A stretch of DNA of 64,000 nucleotides from Bacteroidaceae bacterium (GCA_017551925.1 JAFZKA010000115.1:20490-84489); one strand, 5' to 3'. Shown: positions 18,390 through 28,840, numbered from the stretch's first letter. Numbers and translations are program-made. The notes: generated by a model not told the origin, from the sequence alone.

Positions 18390-19652
18390 ATGCGCGTATT
18401 GATGTTCGGCTGGGAGTTCCCGCCCCATATTCTGGGAGGATTGGGAACAGCCAGTTTCGGATTGACAAGAGGACTGGCAAATCAGGGGAACGTGGATATA
18501 ACGTTCTGCCTGCCCAAACCGTGGGGCGATGAAGATCAGAGCTTCATGAAGATTGTGGGCATGAACACCGTGCCTGTGGTATGGCGTAATCCTGACAACA
18601 GCATTCTGAAATCAAGGTATCCGTGGATGGATTCAGAGGATTACTACCGTTTCCGTGACCATATTTATTCTGATTTCAGCAATCTGTACACCAATGATCT
18701 GGGTTGCATAGAGTTCTCGGGCCGATATCCGGATAATCTCCATGAGGAGATAAACAACTACTCGATTGTGGCAGGTGTTGTGGCACGCACTGAGCAGTTT
18801 GATATCATTCATTCTCATGACTGGCTTACATATCCCGCAGGCATACATGCCAAGCAGGTGAGCGGCAAACCGTTGGTGATACATGTCCATGCTACTGATT
18901 TTGACCGTAGCCGCGGCAATGTGAATCCTACCGTCTATGCAATTGAAAAGAACGGTATGGACTATGCAGACCATATCATGTGCGTGAGTGAACTGACACG
19001 CCAGACTGTCATCAACAAGTATCATCAGGATCCGCGCAAGGTATCTACCATGCACAATGCAGTGGAACCTCTGCCTCAGGAGATTCAGGACATTGTTCCG
19101 CAAAAGAAACCGCATGAAAAGGTGGTTACTTTCCTGGGACGTATCACCATGCAGAAGGGTCCCGAATACTTTGTCGAGGCTGCAGCACTGGTACTCAAGC
19201 GTACCCATGACATACGTTTCTGCATGGCCGGCAGCGGTGATATGATGAACGCCATGATTCTTATGGCGGCTGACCGCGGTATTGCAGATCGTTTCCATTT
19301 TCCCGGTTTCATGAAAGGCAAACAGGTCTATGAATGCCTCAAGGCAAGTGATGTATATATCATGCCTTCTGTATCGGAACCGTTCGGTATCTCGCCTCTT
19401 GAGGCTATGCAGTGTGAGGTTCCCACCATCATCTCCAAACAGTCAGGCTGCGCTGAGATTCTGGACAAGTGTATCAAGGTGGACTATTGGGACATTCACG
19501 CCATGGCCGATGCCATCTATTCAATCTGCAACTATCCGGCTCTGTACGAGTATCTCAAGGTTGAAGGCAAGAAAGAGGTCGATGCAATCACCTGGGATAA
19601 GGTTGGAGAACGTATTCTGGCACGCTACAAGAAACTGCTGGGTATAAAATGA
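18390..19652 (+). CDS. GT4-family (GT-B) glycosyltransferase, glycogen-synthase-like
   Basis: 6 nt after the previous stop. HSHDWLTYPAG, VTFLGRITMQKG and the E-x7-E motif region SEPFGISPLEAM. Confidence 0.85.
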   Translation: MRVLMFGWEFPPHILGGLGTASFGLTRGLANQGNVDITFCLPKPWGDEDQSFMKIVGMNTVPVVWRNPDNSILKSRYPWMDSEDYYRFRDHIYSDFSNLYTNDLGCIEFSGRYPDNLHEEINNYSIVAGVVARTEQFDIIHSHDWLTYPAGIHAKQVSGKPLVIHVHATDFDRSRGNVNPTVYAIEKNGMDYADHIMCVSELTRQTVINKYHQDPRKVSTMHNAVEPLPQEIQDIVPQKKPHEKVVTFLGRITMQKGPEYFVEAAALVLKRTHDIRFCMAGSGDMMNAMILMAADRGIADRFHFPGFMKGKQVYECLKASDVYIMPSVSEPFGISPLEAMQCEVPTIISKQSGCAEILDKCIKVDYWDIHAMADAIYSICNYPALYEYLKVEGKKEVDAITWDKVGERILARYKKLLGIK

Positions 19653-19679
19653 ACGTAGAATAAAAAGGAGAAACAACAT

Positions 19680-20999
19680 ATGAAAACAATCTGTCTGTAT
19701 TTTGAGATTCATCAGATAATCCATCTCAAGAGGTACCGTTTCTTTGACATTGGCACAGACCATTACTATTTTGATGACTATGCCAATGATACCAGTATAT
19801 CAAATATCGCTGCCAATTCTTATGTTCCGGCTCTGAATACCCTGATCAAGATGGCGCGTGAGAGTGAAGGCGCATTCAAGGTGGCTCTGTCACTCTCCGG
19901 CGTGGGTCTGGAGCAACTGGAGCGTTATGCTCCGCAGGTGATAGACCTGCTGCAGGAACTGAACGGAACCGGATGCGTGGAGTTTATTGCAGAGCCCTAT
20001 TCACACGGCCTGGCTTCACTTGCCCCCAACGGTGAGCAGTCATTCCGTGATGAGGTAAAGCGTCAGGTTGAAAAGATAAACCAACTGTTCGGTCAGAAAC
20101 CAAAAGTGTTCCGCAACTCCAGTCTTATCTATGATGATGAGATAGGCGGTATGGTGGCTGATATGGGATTCAAGGGCATACTTACCGAGGGTGCCAAGCA
20201 TATCCTTGGCTGGAAGAGCCCCCATTATCTGTATCACTGCGTGCAGAACCCCAACCTCAAGGTGTTTACCCGTGACTACAAACTGTCTGATGACATAAGC
20301 CTCAGATTCTCAAATTCATCATGGGAGTCATATCCGCTTATGGCCGATAAGTATGTGGACTGGATTGCCCAGAGCCCTGAGGAGGACGGTGTGTTCAATA
20401 TCTTTATGGAGTTGTGCGCACTTGGCATTTATCAGCCGCTGAGTTCAAACATTCTTGATTTTATGAGCAACCTGCCCAAGGCTGCCAAGGAGCGTGGCAT
20501 AGGTTTCCAGACTCCGTCAGAGGTCATCAAGACACACAAGTCAGTATCAGAGATTGAGGTGCCTTACCCCATGTCTTGGAATGATGAGGAACGCGATGTC
20601 AGTTGCTGGCTGGGTAATGTGATGCAGCGCGAGGCATTCAACAAACTTTACTCAATAGGTGAGCGCGTTATTCTGACAGGTGATAAGCATATCCGTCAGG
20701 ACTGGGATTATCTGCAGGCCAGTAATAACTTCAGGTTCATGACCACCAAGAACAATGCGGTGTCAATGGATCGCGGTATTTACGAGTCACCGTATGATGC
20801 ATTCACCAACTATATGAACATTCTTGGTGATTTCCTGCAGAGAGTGAACTGGGCTCTGCCTCAGGATATTGACACTGAAGAACTCAATGCTTTCCAGACC
20901 ACTATCAGCAATCAGGACAAAAAGATCCAGTCACTTGAAAAACAGGTGGCCAGACTTAAATCGGCTGCTGGAGAGAAAAAGGAGAAGAAAAAGAGTTGA
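19680..20999 (+). CDS. Glycoside hydrolase family 57 (alpha-amylase type)
   Basis: N-terminus ICLYFEIHQIIHLKRYRFFDIG.., FIAEPYSHGLASL. Lysine-rich tail. Sits in the glycogen cluster. Confidence 0.8.
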   Translation: MKTICLYFEIHQIIHLKRYRFFDIGTDHYYFDDYANDTSISNIAANSYVPALNTLIKMARESEGAFKVALSLSGVGLEQLERYAPQVIDLLQELNGTGCVEFIAEPYSHGLASLAPNGEQSFRDEVKRQVEKINQLFGQKPKVFRNSSLIYDDEIGGMVADMGFKGILTEGAKHILGWKSPHYLYHCVQNPNLKVFTRDYKLSDDISLRFSNSSWESYPLMADKYVDWIAQSPEEDGVFNIFMELCALGIYQPLSSNILDFMSNLPKAAKERGIGFQTPSEVIKTHKSVSEIEVPYPMSWNDEERDVSCWLGNVMQREAFNKLYSIGERVILTGDKHIRQDWDYLQASNNFRFMTTKNNAVSMDRGIYESPYDAFTNYMNILGDFLQRVNWALPQDIDTEELNAFQTTISNQDKKIQSLEKQVARLKSAAGEKKEKKKS

Positions 21000-21015
21000 T
21001 TTGAGCAGTGATAAT

Positions 21016-21051
21016 AAAAAGCCTTACGATTTTTTTCGCAAGGCTTTTTTT
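21016..21051. terminator. Bidirectional terminator between GH57 and DUF4270 genes
   Basis: aaaaagccttacg-atttttt-cgcaaggcttttttt. The stem has one mismatch and is flanked by an A-run and a T-run. Confidence 0.6.
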
Positions 21052-21064
21052 ATGTCATGAACTT

Positions 21065-22519
21065 TCAGAAACTTGATCTGATTACCTTGATCTTAATCTT
21101 ATTGTCAGGTCCTCCAATCAGTTTAACCTGATGTATATTCAGGTCCATGCGGTAGTTTATGACTTCTCTCTGTGAACTGACATCGGCTCTGACAGGTACA
21201 AGCACCATTTTATTCCAGTCAGGATGTGCTGCGGCATAGGCCTCTTTTGCTCCTGTGGTTATGTTGTTGCTCTTAATCCAGTCTGCACGGTCGGAATATA
21301 TCTTTTCTACAAGAGCGGCAATATTATCAAAGGTGTATGTGCCGTATTGTGATGCGTAACTTGCCACGAATGTATTTACCTTGTCAACTCCGGTGTTCTT
21401 TTCAAAGAACTCTTTCAGTTTCTCTTTCCTGATGAGCGCAACCGTTGGCGGAACAGAGGGCTTGTATTCATCAGACGGGGTGTTGGCCGATGAGAGTCTT
21501 AACTGGGCTGCGTTCAGAACCGTTGACTCATCTTTCATATCGTCAATGGGCAGGGTTATTTCTGTCAGTATTCCGAACGGGCTGCGGATCCATGTGCATC
21601 CGGTCTCTGCCATCTCGGCTTCAAGACCGCTCCATTTGATTGAATTCAGTTGCAGGACCTCATTGTTGCCTACAAACTCAAGTCTGGGTGATTCCAGTTT
21701 CTCTTTACCGTCTTCATCCTTGGTTATGCATCGGCAATAGACCTCAAGTCTTGAAAAATCAATGTATAAAACGGTGCCGTCACCTTGCGAGCAGCGAACG
21801 TAAAAGCCTTTCATGACATTCTCCATGAATGCCGTAGAGTTGGCAAAGCAATCCTTTCCGCCAGGTTTGTAATAAGTTTCCAGGATTCTCTGGGCAAGAG
21901 TGTCAGGCAGGCTTATTGAAACATAGGGATAGAAATTGCTGTCATATCTCAATGAATCGGCAATCTGCAGATTCCAGCCAGACAGGGTGGCGGTTGCAAG
22001 CGGTTCCTTGTCAAGGTCACAGAATTCGGCGGGATCAAAGTTCGGATAATACTTTGTGTCCGGATCAATAATCTTTTTGAGCGGAAATACCTCAACCTTG
22101 ATTATGTTTGTGGGGTCACCAAAAAAGTCTGAATAATATAACCTTAAGTTTGCGTAATACTTTTTGCGGTCACCAACCTCCTTAACGAACCAGTCTGGAA
22201 ACTTGAAATTACCTATTCCATATACTGAATCAGGGAACTTGTAGTTCTCAAGGCAGTTCAGTTGGGTAAGATATGCAGATTGGAAGGTCGCTCCGCTGTT
22301 GGGCTCGGTATAGCGTCCAAGATTGTACTGTACTGTTTTTACCAGCAGTGAATCAGGTGAAAGGATGGACTTTGTTGTTGCAAAACAGGAATCAGATGTG
22401 ACTTTGATTTCATCACCGTCAGGAATCAGTGAACTGCCCAGACCTGATGTATTGTCATCACATGAGGAAAATAACAAAAGTGCTGAAAAAAAGCTGATAG
22501 CCAGCTTTGAGATATTCAT
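21065..22519 (-). CDS. DUF4270-like lipoprotein
   Basis: Lipobox LLLFSSCDD. Size and position next to the short glycogen synthase and panC match the conserved Bacteroidales arrangement as I remember it. Family call not verified. Confidence 0.5.
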   Translation of the reverse strand: MNISKLAISFFSALLLFSSCDDNTSGLGSSLIPDGDEIKVTSDSCFATTKSILSPDSLLVKTVQYNLGRYTEPNSGATFQSAYLTQLNCLENYKFPDSVYGIGNFKFPDWFVKEVGDRKKYYANLRLYYSDFFGDPTNIIKVEVFPLKKIIDPDTKYYPNFDPAEFCDLDKEPLATATLSGWNLQIADSLRYDSNFYPYVSISLPDTLAQRILETYYKPGGKDCFANSTAFMENVMKGFYVRCSQGDGTVLYIDFSRLEVYCRCITKDEDGKEKLESPRLEFVGNNEVLQLNSIKWSGLEAEMAETGCTWIRSPFGILTEITLPIDDMKDESTVLNAAQLRLSSANTPSDEYKPSVPPTVALIRKEKLKEFFEKNTGVDKVNTFVASYASQYGTYTFDNIAALVEKIYSDRADWIKSNNITTGAKEAYAAAHPDWNKMVLVPVRADVSSQREVINYRMDLNIHQVKLIGGPDNKIKIKVIRSSF

Positions 22520-22533
22520 AGGACAGCGTAGTG

Positions 22534-23337
22534 TCAGATCTTGTTGTAAAAATCGTTTATGATTGAGGCATCCAGGCCCGATGCATCATCGGCAATCACG
22601 GGAACACCCTTGGCTTTTGCGTATTCAATCAGTGAGGCGTCAACCTGTGCTGAATTGCGAATTACGCCGTCAGAAAAATCAATGGCTTTTTTCATCAGGG
22701 CGTTAAAGTCAATCGGGGTCTGGAATGTGCCTTCATCGCCGGGTTTCATATCCTTGGTAAGCAGAATCTCAGGATATCTTTCACTGAAAGTGTTGTTGAA
22801 AGCCTTGTCATAGAGTGAATAAACCACTTTTGAATCACGGAAAGCGGGTTCCTCACTGTATGCGGTCTTGATGTAAAGCGGAATCAGCGCGGGGAGCCAG
22901 CCATGACAGTGGATTATGTCAGGGTTCCAGCGCAGTTTCTTGACGGTTTCCAGCACACCACGTGCAAAGAATATGGTGCGCTCGTCATTATCCTGATACT
23001 CAACACCATCCTTGTCAGACTCCTGCTGACGGTTCTGGAAATAGTCATCATTGTCTATGAAATAGACCTGGATTCTTGCTGACGGGAGTGATGCTACTTT
23101 TATTATGAGCGGATGGTCAGTATCATCAATGATCAGGTTCATACCTGAAAGGCGTATCACCTCATGCAACTGGTTGCGGCGTTCGTTGATAGGGCCCCAT
23201 TTGGGCATAAATGTGCGAATGTCATTTCCAAGTTCCTGAATGCTCTGGGGCAGTTGCTTGCAATAGTCGGCCATTGGAGACTGCCCAACAAAGGGAGAAA
23301 TCCTATCGGCAATGAACAATATCTTTTTTTCACTCAT
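22534..23337 (-). CDS. Short Bacteroidetes-type glycogen/starch synthase-like protein
   Basis: The ATG at 23337 gives MSEKKILFIADRISPFVG (the ORF-track start at 23430 is GTG). IIHCHGWLPALIPLYIK. Divergent from panC. Confidence 0.75.
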   Translation of the reverse strand: MSEKKILFIADRISPFVGQSPMADYCKQLPQSIQELGNDIRTFMPKWGPINERRNQLHEVIRLSGMNLIIDDTDHPLIIKVASLPSARIQVYFIDNDDYFQNRQQESDKDGVEYQDNDERTIFFARGVLETVKKLRWNPDIIHCHGWLPALIPLYIKTAYSEEPAFRDSKVVYSLYDKAFNNTFSERYPEILLTKDMKPGDEGTFQTPIDFNALMKKAIDFSDGVIRNSAQVDASLIEYAKAKGVPVIADDASGLDASIINDFYNKI

Positions 23338-23468
23338 AAGATGTTGAGTCTTTTTGCTTTCAAGAAGCAAAGATATAAAAAAAAATGATGAATTTGGCAA
23401 GCACTTTGGCTGAATCTTTTGAAATCCCACAAATAATAACTTATTTTGCGGACTTTTTCAAAAGTATT

Positions 23469-24317
23469 ATGATTAAGATAATAACAACAGTAAAGGAACT
23501 GAAAGAGACCCTGAAAGTCCGTCGCGATATCGGTAAGACCATCGGTCTGGTACCTACAATGGGTGCTCTTCATGAGGGCCATGCTTCATTGGTACGCCGC
23601 TCTGTGGCTGAAAATGACATAACTGTAGTAAGTGATTTTGTCAATCCTACACAGTTCAATGACAAGAATGACCTTAACAACTATCCCCGCACTATGGATG
23701 CAGACTGCCAACTCCTTGAGAAAGTGGGTGCGCAGTATGTGTTTGCTCCTACGGTAGAGGAAATGTATCCCGAGCCCGATACCCGCGTATTTGACTTTAC
23801 GCCGCTTGACAAGGTCATGGAGGGCCCCAACCGCCCCGGACACTTTAACGGTGTTGCTCAGATTGTAAGCAAACTGTTCTATGCTGTTGAGCCTGACCGC
23901 GCCTATTTTGGCGAGAAGGATTTCCAGCAACTGGCTATCATACGTGAGATGGTTCGTCAACTGGACCTTAAGGTTGAGATTGTGGGCTGCCCCATTGTCC
24001 GTGAGGAGGACGGTATGGCCCTGAGTTCACGCAATATGCTTTTGAGCAAGGCCGAGCGCAAACTGGCCGCCAATATATCACGCACTCTCTTTGAGAGCCG
24101 CTACTACGCACGCCATCATACTCTTGTTTCAACACGCCAGTATGTGATTGATACCATCAACTCATATGACGGGCTTGAGGTTGAGTATTATGAGATTGTT
24201 GACGGACGCACACTGCAGCCTGTTGACAACTGGGATGCTTCAGACTATATCGTGGGCTGCGTTACCGTACACTGCGGCAAGGTACGCCTTATTGACAACA
24301 TTAAATACAAGGAGTGA
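23469..24317 (+). CDS. panC: Pantoate--beta-alanine ligase
   Basis: The ATG at 23469 gives [32 protein letters not shown]. Also [16 protein letters not shown] and ALSSRN. Confidence 0.93.
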   Translation: MIKIITTVKELKETLKVRRDIGKTIGLVPTMGALHEGHASLVRRSVAENDITVVSDFVNPTQFNDKNDLNNYPRTMDADCQLLEKVGAQYVFAPTVEEMYPEPDTRVFDFTPLDKVMEGPNRPGHFNGVAQIVSKLFYAVEPDRAYFGEKDFQQLAIIREMVRQLDLKVEIVGCPIVREEDGMALSSRNMLLSKAERKLAANISRTLFESRYYARHHTLVSTRQYVIDTINSYDGLEVEYYEIVDGRTLQPVDNWDASDYIVGCVTVHCGKVRLIDNIKYKE

Positions 24318-24643
24318 TGTTACTGACTGTACTCAAATCCAAACTTCACCGCGTTAAGGTGACCGATGCCAATATCAACTACATTGGCAGCATTACTATT
24401 GACGGCAACTGGATGGATGCAGCAGGCATCATTGACGGGGAGCAGGTTCATGTGGTCGATGTCACCAACGGCGCACGTCTGGTTACCTACGTTATCCGCG
24501 GCGAGCGCGGCTCCAAGTGCATCTGCCTTAACGGCGCTGCTGCACGTCTGGTCTCCATTGGTGATACCGTGATCATCATCGCCTACGCCCAGGTAACCCC
24601 CGAAGAAGCCAAAACCTTCAAACCCACGGTCGTTATTCCGTAG
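24317..24643 (+). CDS. panD: Aspartate 1-decarboxylase
   Basis: [29 protein letters not shown] (self-processing Gly-Ser). The ATG at 24317 overlaps the panC TGA by 1 nt (the ORF-track start at 24314 is GTG). Confidence 0.93.
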   Translation: MLLTVLKSKLHRVKVTDANINYIGSITIDGNWMDAAGIIDGEQVHVVDVTNGARLVTYVIRGERGSKCICLNGAAARLVSIGDTVIIIAYAQVTPEEAKTFKPTVVIP

Positions 24644-24657
24644 TGATATTTTCAGGG

Positions 24658-24790
24658 AAAACCTTGAAGGGTATAGTCTCCAGAACTACGGCCCTTCGGG
24701 CCTATCCCTCCCACCGCTTCGCGGCGGGCCCCTCCCGTTCACAAGCCCACGGGCGGCCATGGTTCCTGAGACTATACCCTTCAAGGTTTT
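24658..24790 (+). ncRNA. Structured GC-rich element, copy 2 (same architecture as 13651..13845)
   Basis: Perfect 23-bp closing stem, 24658..24680 / 24768..24790. The 87-nt interior has ggcccttcgggcc and ccgcttcgcgg hairpins. It lies between the panD stop and the real terminator. Confidence 0.35.
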
Positions 24791-24842
24791 GGTTCGATTG
24801 GAATCCGAGTTAGTTTTGGAGGGTTTCCATTTGCAGATATAG

Positions 24843-24879
24843 AAAAATTAGCCCCCGCATATTGCGAGGGCTAATTTTT
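24843..24879. terminator. Bidirectional terminator between panD and the mmd operon
   Basis: aaaaattagccc(c)cgc-atatt-gcg(a)gggctaattttt. Long stem with one mismatch and A/T runs on both sides. Confidence 0.75.
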
Positions 24880-24950
24880 ACGCGACTGTAAGGAGCGCCG
24901 TTTGGGTTACCCAAACTAAAAAAATGTCAGGGGTATGCTACTTACAATGC

Positions 24951-26129
24951 TCAACCGAGCATTGTGAGTAGTATTCCTGCAGCGACGGCGGAGCCGATGA
25001 CACCGGCAACGTTCGGGCCCATGGCATGCATGAGCAGGAAGTTGCTGGGGTTCTCCTCCTGGCCGACCTGCTGTGATACGCGTGCAGCCATAGGAACGGC
25101 CGATACGCCTGCAGAGCCGATGAGCGGATTGATCTTCTCCTTTGAGAAGAGGTTCATCAGCTTGGCAAGCAGGATACCGCCTGCGGTACCGCAACCGAAT
25201 GCTACAACACCCATTACCATGATCTTGATTGTGCTCCAGTCAAGGAATGAGCTGGCAGTAGCGGTAGCACCAACGGTGAGACCCAGGAATATTACCACGA
25301 TGTTCATCAACTCATTCTGCATGGTCTTGCTCAGACGGTCCACAACGCCGCACTCCTTTGCAAGGTTACCCAACATTAGGCAGCCGATAAGAGGAGCGGC
25401 ATCGGGCAGGATGAGAGCCACGATGGTGGTGATGGCAATCGGGAATATTATCTTCTCAGTCTTGCTTACGGGACGGAGTTGGCTCATCTTGATGGCACGC
25501 TCCTTCTTGGTGGTCAGGGCACGCATGATAGGCGGCTGGATCACGGGAACAAGGGCCATGTAAGAGTAGGCTGCAATGGCTATCGGGCCAAGCAGTTCAG
25601 GAGCCAGTTTTGATGTCAGGAATATTGATGTAGGACCGTCGGCACCACCTATGATACCTATTGAGCCGGCCTGAGCCTCAGTGAAGCCCATTGAGTTGGC
25701 AGCAAGGAATGTAAGGAAGATGCCCAACTGAGCGGCGGCACCCAGGAGCAGGCTCTTGGGGTTGGCAATCAGCGGACCGAAATCAGTCATGGCACCTACG
25801 CCCATAAAGATGAGGCAGGGATAGACACCGGCTTTTACACCTATATAAAGAATGTCCAGCAGACCGCCTTCACGCATTATGGTTCCATAACTGTGGTAGG
25901 CGGGGCTGTTAGCGTCAAGGAATGCTGTCCAGAGTTCTGAATGATACATTCCTGCACCGGGCAGGTTTGTAAGCAGCATGCCGAATGCGATGGGGAGCAG
26001 CAGAAGCGGCTCATATTGCTTCTTGATGGCCAGGAACAGCAGGAAGAAACTCAAAAGGAGCATAATACCCTGCTGGATGGTCATGTTCATGAAGCCCATC
26101 TGTTCAAAGAATTCCAGAATATCACCCAT
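24951..26129 (-). CDS. Na+-translocating decarboxylase beta subunit (methylmalonyl-CoA/oxaloacetate decarboxylase)
   Basis: Polytopic membrane protein. [17 protein letters not shown] and [17 protein letters not shown] motifs. Confidence 0.9.
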   Translation of the reverse strand: MGDILEFFEQMGFMNMTIQQGIMLLLSFFLLFLAIKKQYEPLLLLPIAFGMLLTNLPGAGMYHSELWTAFLDANSPAYHSYGTIMREGGLLDILYIGVKAGVYPCLIFMGVGAMTDFGPLIANPKSLLLGAAAQLGIFLTFLAANSMGFTEAQAGSIGIIGGADGPTSIFLTSKLAPELLGPIAIAAYSYMALVPVIQPPIMRALTTKKERAIKMSQLRPVSKTEKIIFPIAITTIVALILPDAAPLIGCLMLGNLAKECGVVDRLSKTMQNELMNIVVIFLGLTVGATATASSFLDWSTIKIMVMGVVAFGCGTAGGILLAKLMNLFSKEKINPLIGSAGVSAVPMAARVSQQVGQEENPSNFLLMHAMGPNVAGVIGSAVAAGILLTMLG

Positions 26130-26153
26130 TTTCTTTCTGTTTGAAAAGGTTGA

Positions 26154-26882
26154 TTATCCAAGAACCAGGAGCAGATCCTCCTGCATAACGTTCTGACCGG
26201 CGGTTACGGCAATCTTGGTTACTTTACCGTCACGGTCGGCCATGATTGCGTTCTCCATCTTCATGCTCTCAAGAGTGAGCAGAGTGTCACCCTTCTTTAC
26301 ATCCTGTCCTTCTGATACCAGAACCTTGATTATTGAACCGGGCAGGGGGCTTGTTACCTTGTAACCGTCAGCGGGAACACTGGCAGCCTTGGGAGCGGGA
26401 GCAGCCTTGGGAGCCTCTGCCTTAGGTGCAGGTGCTGCGGCGGGAGCGGGTGCAGGAGCGGCAGCAACGGCTGCGGTCTCCAGGTCAAGCAGTTTGTCAT
26501 CCTGCATAACGTTCTTGCCGGGCTCTACATAAACGGACTTTACGGTACCGTCGGCCTCGGCGGTAACGTTGTTCTCCATTTTCATTGACTCCATAGTGAG
26601 CAGTACATCGCCCTTCTTTACAGCCTGACCGGCTTTGACGAGTACCTTTACTATTGAACCGGGCAGCGGACTCTTTACGGTCATCAGGCCGGCGGGGGCT
26701 GCAGCAGCAGGAGCGGCGGCAGCGGCGGGACGGCGTACAGCGGCTGCTGCAGGGGCCTCCTCTTTTTCTAACTCTACCTTGTAGGTCTTGCCGTTTATTG
26801 TTACCTCGGCAAAGTTGTCCTCAAGTTCGTTGACGGCTGCGTTGTACTGCTTGCCGTCTATTGTAAATTTGAATTCCTTCAT
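26154..26882 (-). CDS. Biotin carboxyl-carrier subunit with two tandem biotinyl domains
   Basis: Two copies of the biotinyl-lysine motif (LLTMESMKMENNV and LLTLESMKMENAI). Each sits in a ~70-aa lipoyl/biotinyl fold, and the two are separated by Ala/Pro linkers. Confidence 0.85.
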   Translation of the reverse strand: MKEFKFTIDGKQYNAAVNELEDNFAEVTINGKTYKVELEKEEAPAAAAVRRPAAAAAPAAAAPAGLMTVKSPLPGSIVKVLVKAGQAVKKGDVLLTMESMKMENNVTAEADGTVKSVYVEPGKNVMQDDKLLDLETAAVAAAPAPAPAAAPAPKAEAPKAAPAPKAASVPADGYKVTSPLPGSIIKVLVSEGQDVKKGDTLLTLESMKMENAIMADRDGKVTKIAVTAGQNVMQEDLLLVLG

Positions 26883-26892
26883 AAAAATTTCA

Positions 26893-27255
26893 TTAACGAT
26901 GTAAGTTGTTCATTCCGTAGAGTTTTGAGTTCCAGCCGGAGCGCTCTACTCTCTTGATATGAATCTCAGTGGGTTCCACGTCATGTACTCCGTTGAAGTA
27001 CAGGTGCAGAGCCATTGCAATGGCGGCCAGGTCATTATCGGCCGATGCCTGAGCAGCAGCCGGAGCGGCCTGGGCGGCGGGAGCGGAGATTGCCTTGGGC
27101 TGTGCTACCCCGGGTGCCTTCACTGCATTGCTGACAACTGCACCCAGCAGTTTCAGAATGAAGATAAGCACGACCAGAAGCAGGATAACCATGCAGAATC
27201 CCAGTCCTGTTACCATCCAGACGTGTGACCAGTTTATTAATAATGGTGTCATCAT
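26893..27255 (-). CDS. OadG-family decarboxylase small membrane subunit
   Basis: Single N-terminal TM helix, Ala-rich linker, and position inside the decarboxylase operon. Confidence 0.7.
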   Translation of the reverse strand: MMTPLLINWSHVWMVTGLGFCMVILLLVVLIFILKLLGAVVSNAVKAPGVAQPKAISAPAAQAAPAAAQASADNDLAAIAMALHLYFNGVHDVEPTEIHIKRVERSGWNSKLYGMNNLHR

Positions 27256-27267
27256 AGACTCTGGCGT

Positions 27268-28824
27268 TTAGAGTGGAATGTTGCTGTGTTTCTTGAGCGG
27301 GTTGGTCAGGCGCTTGGTCTGCAGCATCTCAAATGCGCGGATCACGCGGGCACGTGTGAACCTGGGCTCAATTACATCGTCAATATAACCGCGGTTGGCT
27401 GCCTGGTAAGGTGAAGCGAACTTGTCCTTGTAGGCTGCCTCCTTCTCGGCAATGAATTTCTTCTTCTCCTCAGGATCCTCAATTGCCTTGAGAGCCTTGG
27501 CCTCGAGTACTCCTACTGCACCGCTGGCACCCATAACTGCAATCTCGGCATTGGGCCAAGCGTAGCACAGGTCACCGCGCAACTGCTTGCAACTCATTAC
27601 GATGTGTGAACCGCCGTATGACTTACGAACAGTAACGGTTACCTTTGGAACTGTAGCCTCGCCGTATGCGAACATCAGTTTTGCGCCATGATCAATGATA
27701 CCGGCGTACTCCTGACCTGTACCGCACAGGAATCCGGGAACATCGACCAGAGTGAGGATCTGAATGTTGAATGCGTCGCAGAAACGTACAAAACGTGCGG
27801 CCTTGCGGCTGGCGTCGCAGTCAAGAACACCTGCCAGCCAGTTGGGCTGGTTTGCTATGATACCGGTTGAGCGGCCGTTGAAACGGGCAAAACCTACTAT
27901 CACGTTCTTGGCAAAATCCTTGTGAACCTCCATAAAGTCACCGTCATCAACGATAGAGTAGATGATGTCCTTCATATCATAAGGTTTGTTGGGATCATCG
28001 GGAACCATAGAGTTCAGGGCATCCTCCAGACGTGCGGGATCATCCTTGCACTCCTTGAGCGGTGCCTCCTCCATGTTGTTCTGCGGGATGAAACTGATCA
28101 GACGGCGAACCTCCTTAACGGCCTCCTCCTCAGTAGCGGCAACAAAGTGTGTCACACCTGATTTGGTGGCGTGAACGCGGGCACCACCCAACTGCTCAAC
28201 TGTAACGTCCTCACCGGTAACGCTCTTTACAACCTTAGGACCGGTAATGAACATATATGAGTTCTGCTCAGTCATCATGATGAAGTCAGTCAGGGCAGGG
28301 CTATATACAGCACCACCGGCGCAGGGGCCGAATATGACTGAAATCTGGGGAACTACGCCCGATGCCAGAATGTTACGCTCAAAAATCTCAGCGTAACCGG
28401 CCAGAGCGCAAGCGCCCTCCTGGATACGTGCACCGCCTGAATCGTTCAGACCGATGATGGGAGCGCCCATCTTCATGGCCATATCCATCACCTTGCATAT
28501 CTTTTGTGCCATAGTCTCTGACAGAGAACCGCCAATTACTGTGGCATCCTGTGCAAATACAAATACCAGACGGCCGTCAATGGTACCTGAACCAACGGCA
28601 ACGCCGTCACCCAGGAATACCTTCTTTTCCATACCGAAGTCAGTACAACGGTGTGTCAGGAACATATCGACCTCCTCAAATGATCCCTCGTCAAGAAGCA
28701 TGTTTATGCGCTCACGGGCAGTGAAGCAGCCTTTGGCATGATGCTTCTCAACAGCGGCCTCGCCACCACCGGCCATTGCCTTGGCGCGACTATCTACCAG
28801 CTTCTGAAGTTTGCTGTTATCCAT
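27268..28824 (-). CDS. Methylmalonyl-CoA decarboxylase alpha subunit / acyl-CoA carboxyltransferase
   Basis: Carboxyltransferase family: GLNDSGGARIQEG, FGPCAGGAVYSPALTDF, RKSYGGSHIVM. Confidence 0.9.
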   Translation of the reverse strand: MDNSKLQKLVDSRAKAMAGGGEAAVEKHHAKGCFTARERINMLLDEGSFEEVDMFLTHRCTDFGMEKKVFLGDGVAVGSGTIDGRLVFVFAQDATVIGGSLSETMAQKICKVMDMAMKMGAPIIGLNDSGGARIQEGACALAGYAEIFERNILASGVVPQISVIFGPCAGGAVYSPALTDFIMMTEQNSYMFITGPKVVKSVTGEDVTVEQLGGARVHATKSGVTHFVAATEEEAVKEVRRLISFIPQNNMEEAPLKECKDDPARLEDALNSMVPDDPNKPYDMKDIIYSIVDDGDFMEVHKDFAKNVIVGFARFNGRSTGIIANQPNWLAGVLDCDASRKAARFVRFCDAFNIQILTLVDVPGFLCGTGQEYAGIIDHGAKLMFAYGEATVPKVTVTVRKSYGGSHIVMSCKQLRGDLCYAWPNAEIAVMGASGAVGVLEAKALKAIEDPEEKKKFIAEKEAAYKDKFASPYQAANRGYIDDVIEPRFTRARVIRAFEMLQTKRLTNPLKKHSNIPL

Positions 28825-28840
28825 TTTTCTTTATTGTATG

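Noticed and set aside
18633-19298. A 221-aa minus-strand ORF inside the GT4 glycosyltransferase gene.
   Set aside because: The plus-strand product has clear GT-B motifs. The antisense ORF has none and is rich in His/Cys/Met codon shadows.
24791-24815. ggttcgattggaatcc resembles a tRNA T-arm (GGTTCGAATCC).
   Set aside because: No acceptor stem, D-arm or anticodon arm can be built around it.
24964-25563. A 199-aa plus-strand ORF opposite the decarboxylase beta-subunit gene.
   Set aside because: It is antisense to a clearly recognisable membrane-subunit gene and has low-complexity Pro/Ala/Arg composition.
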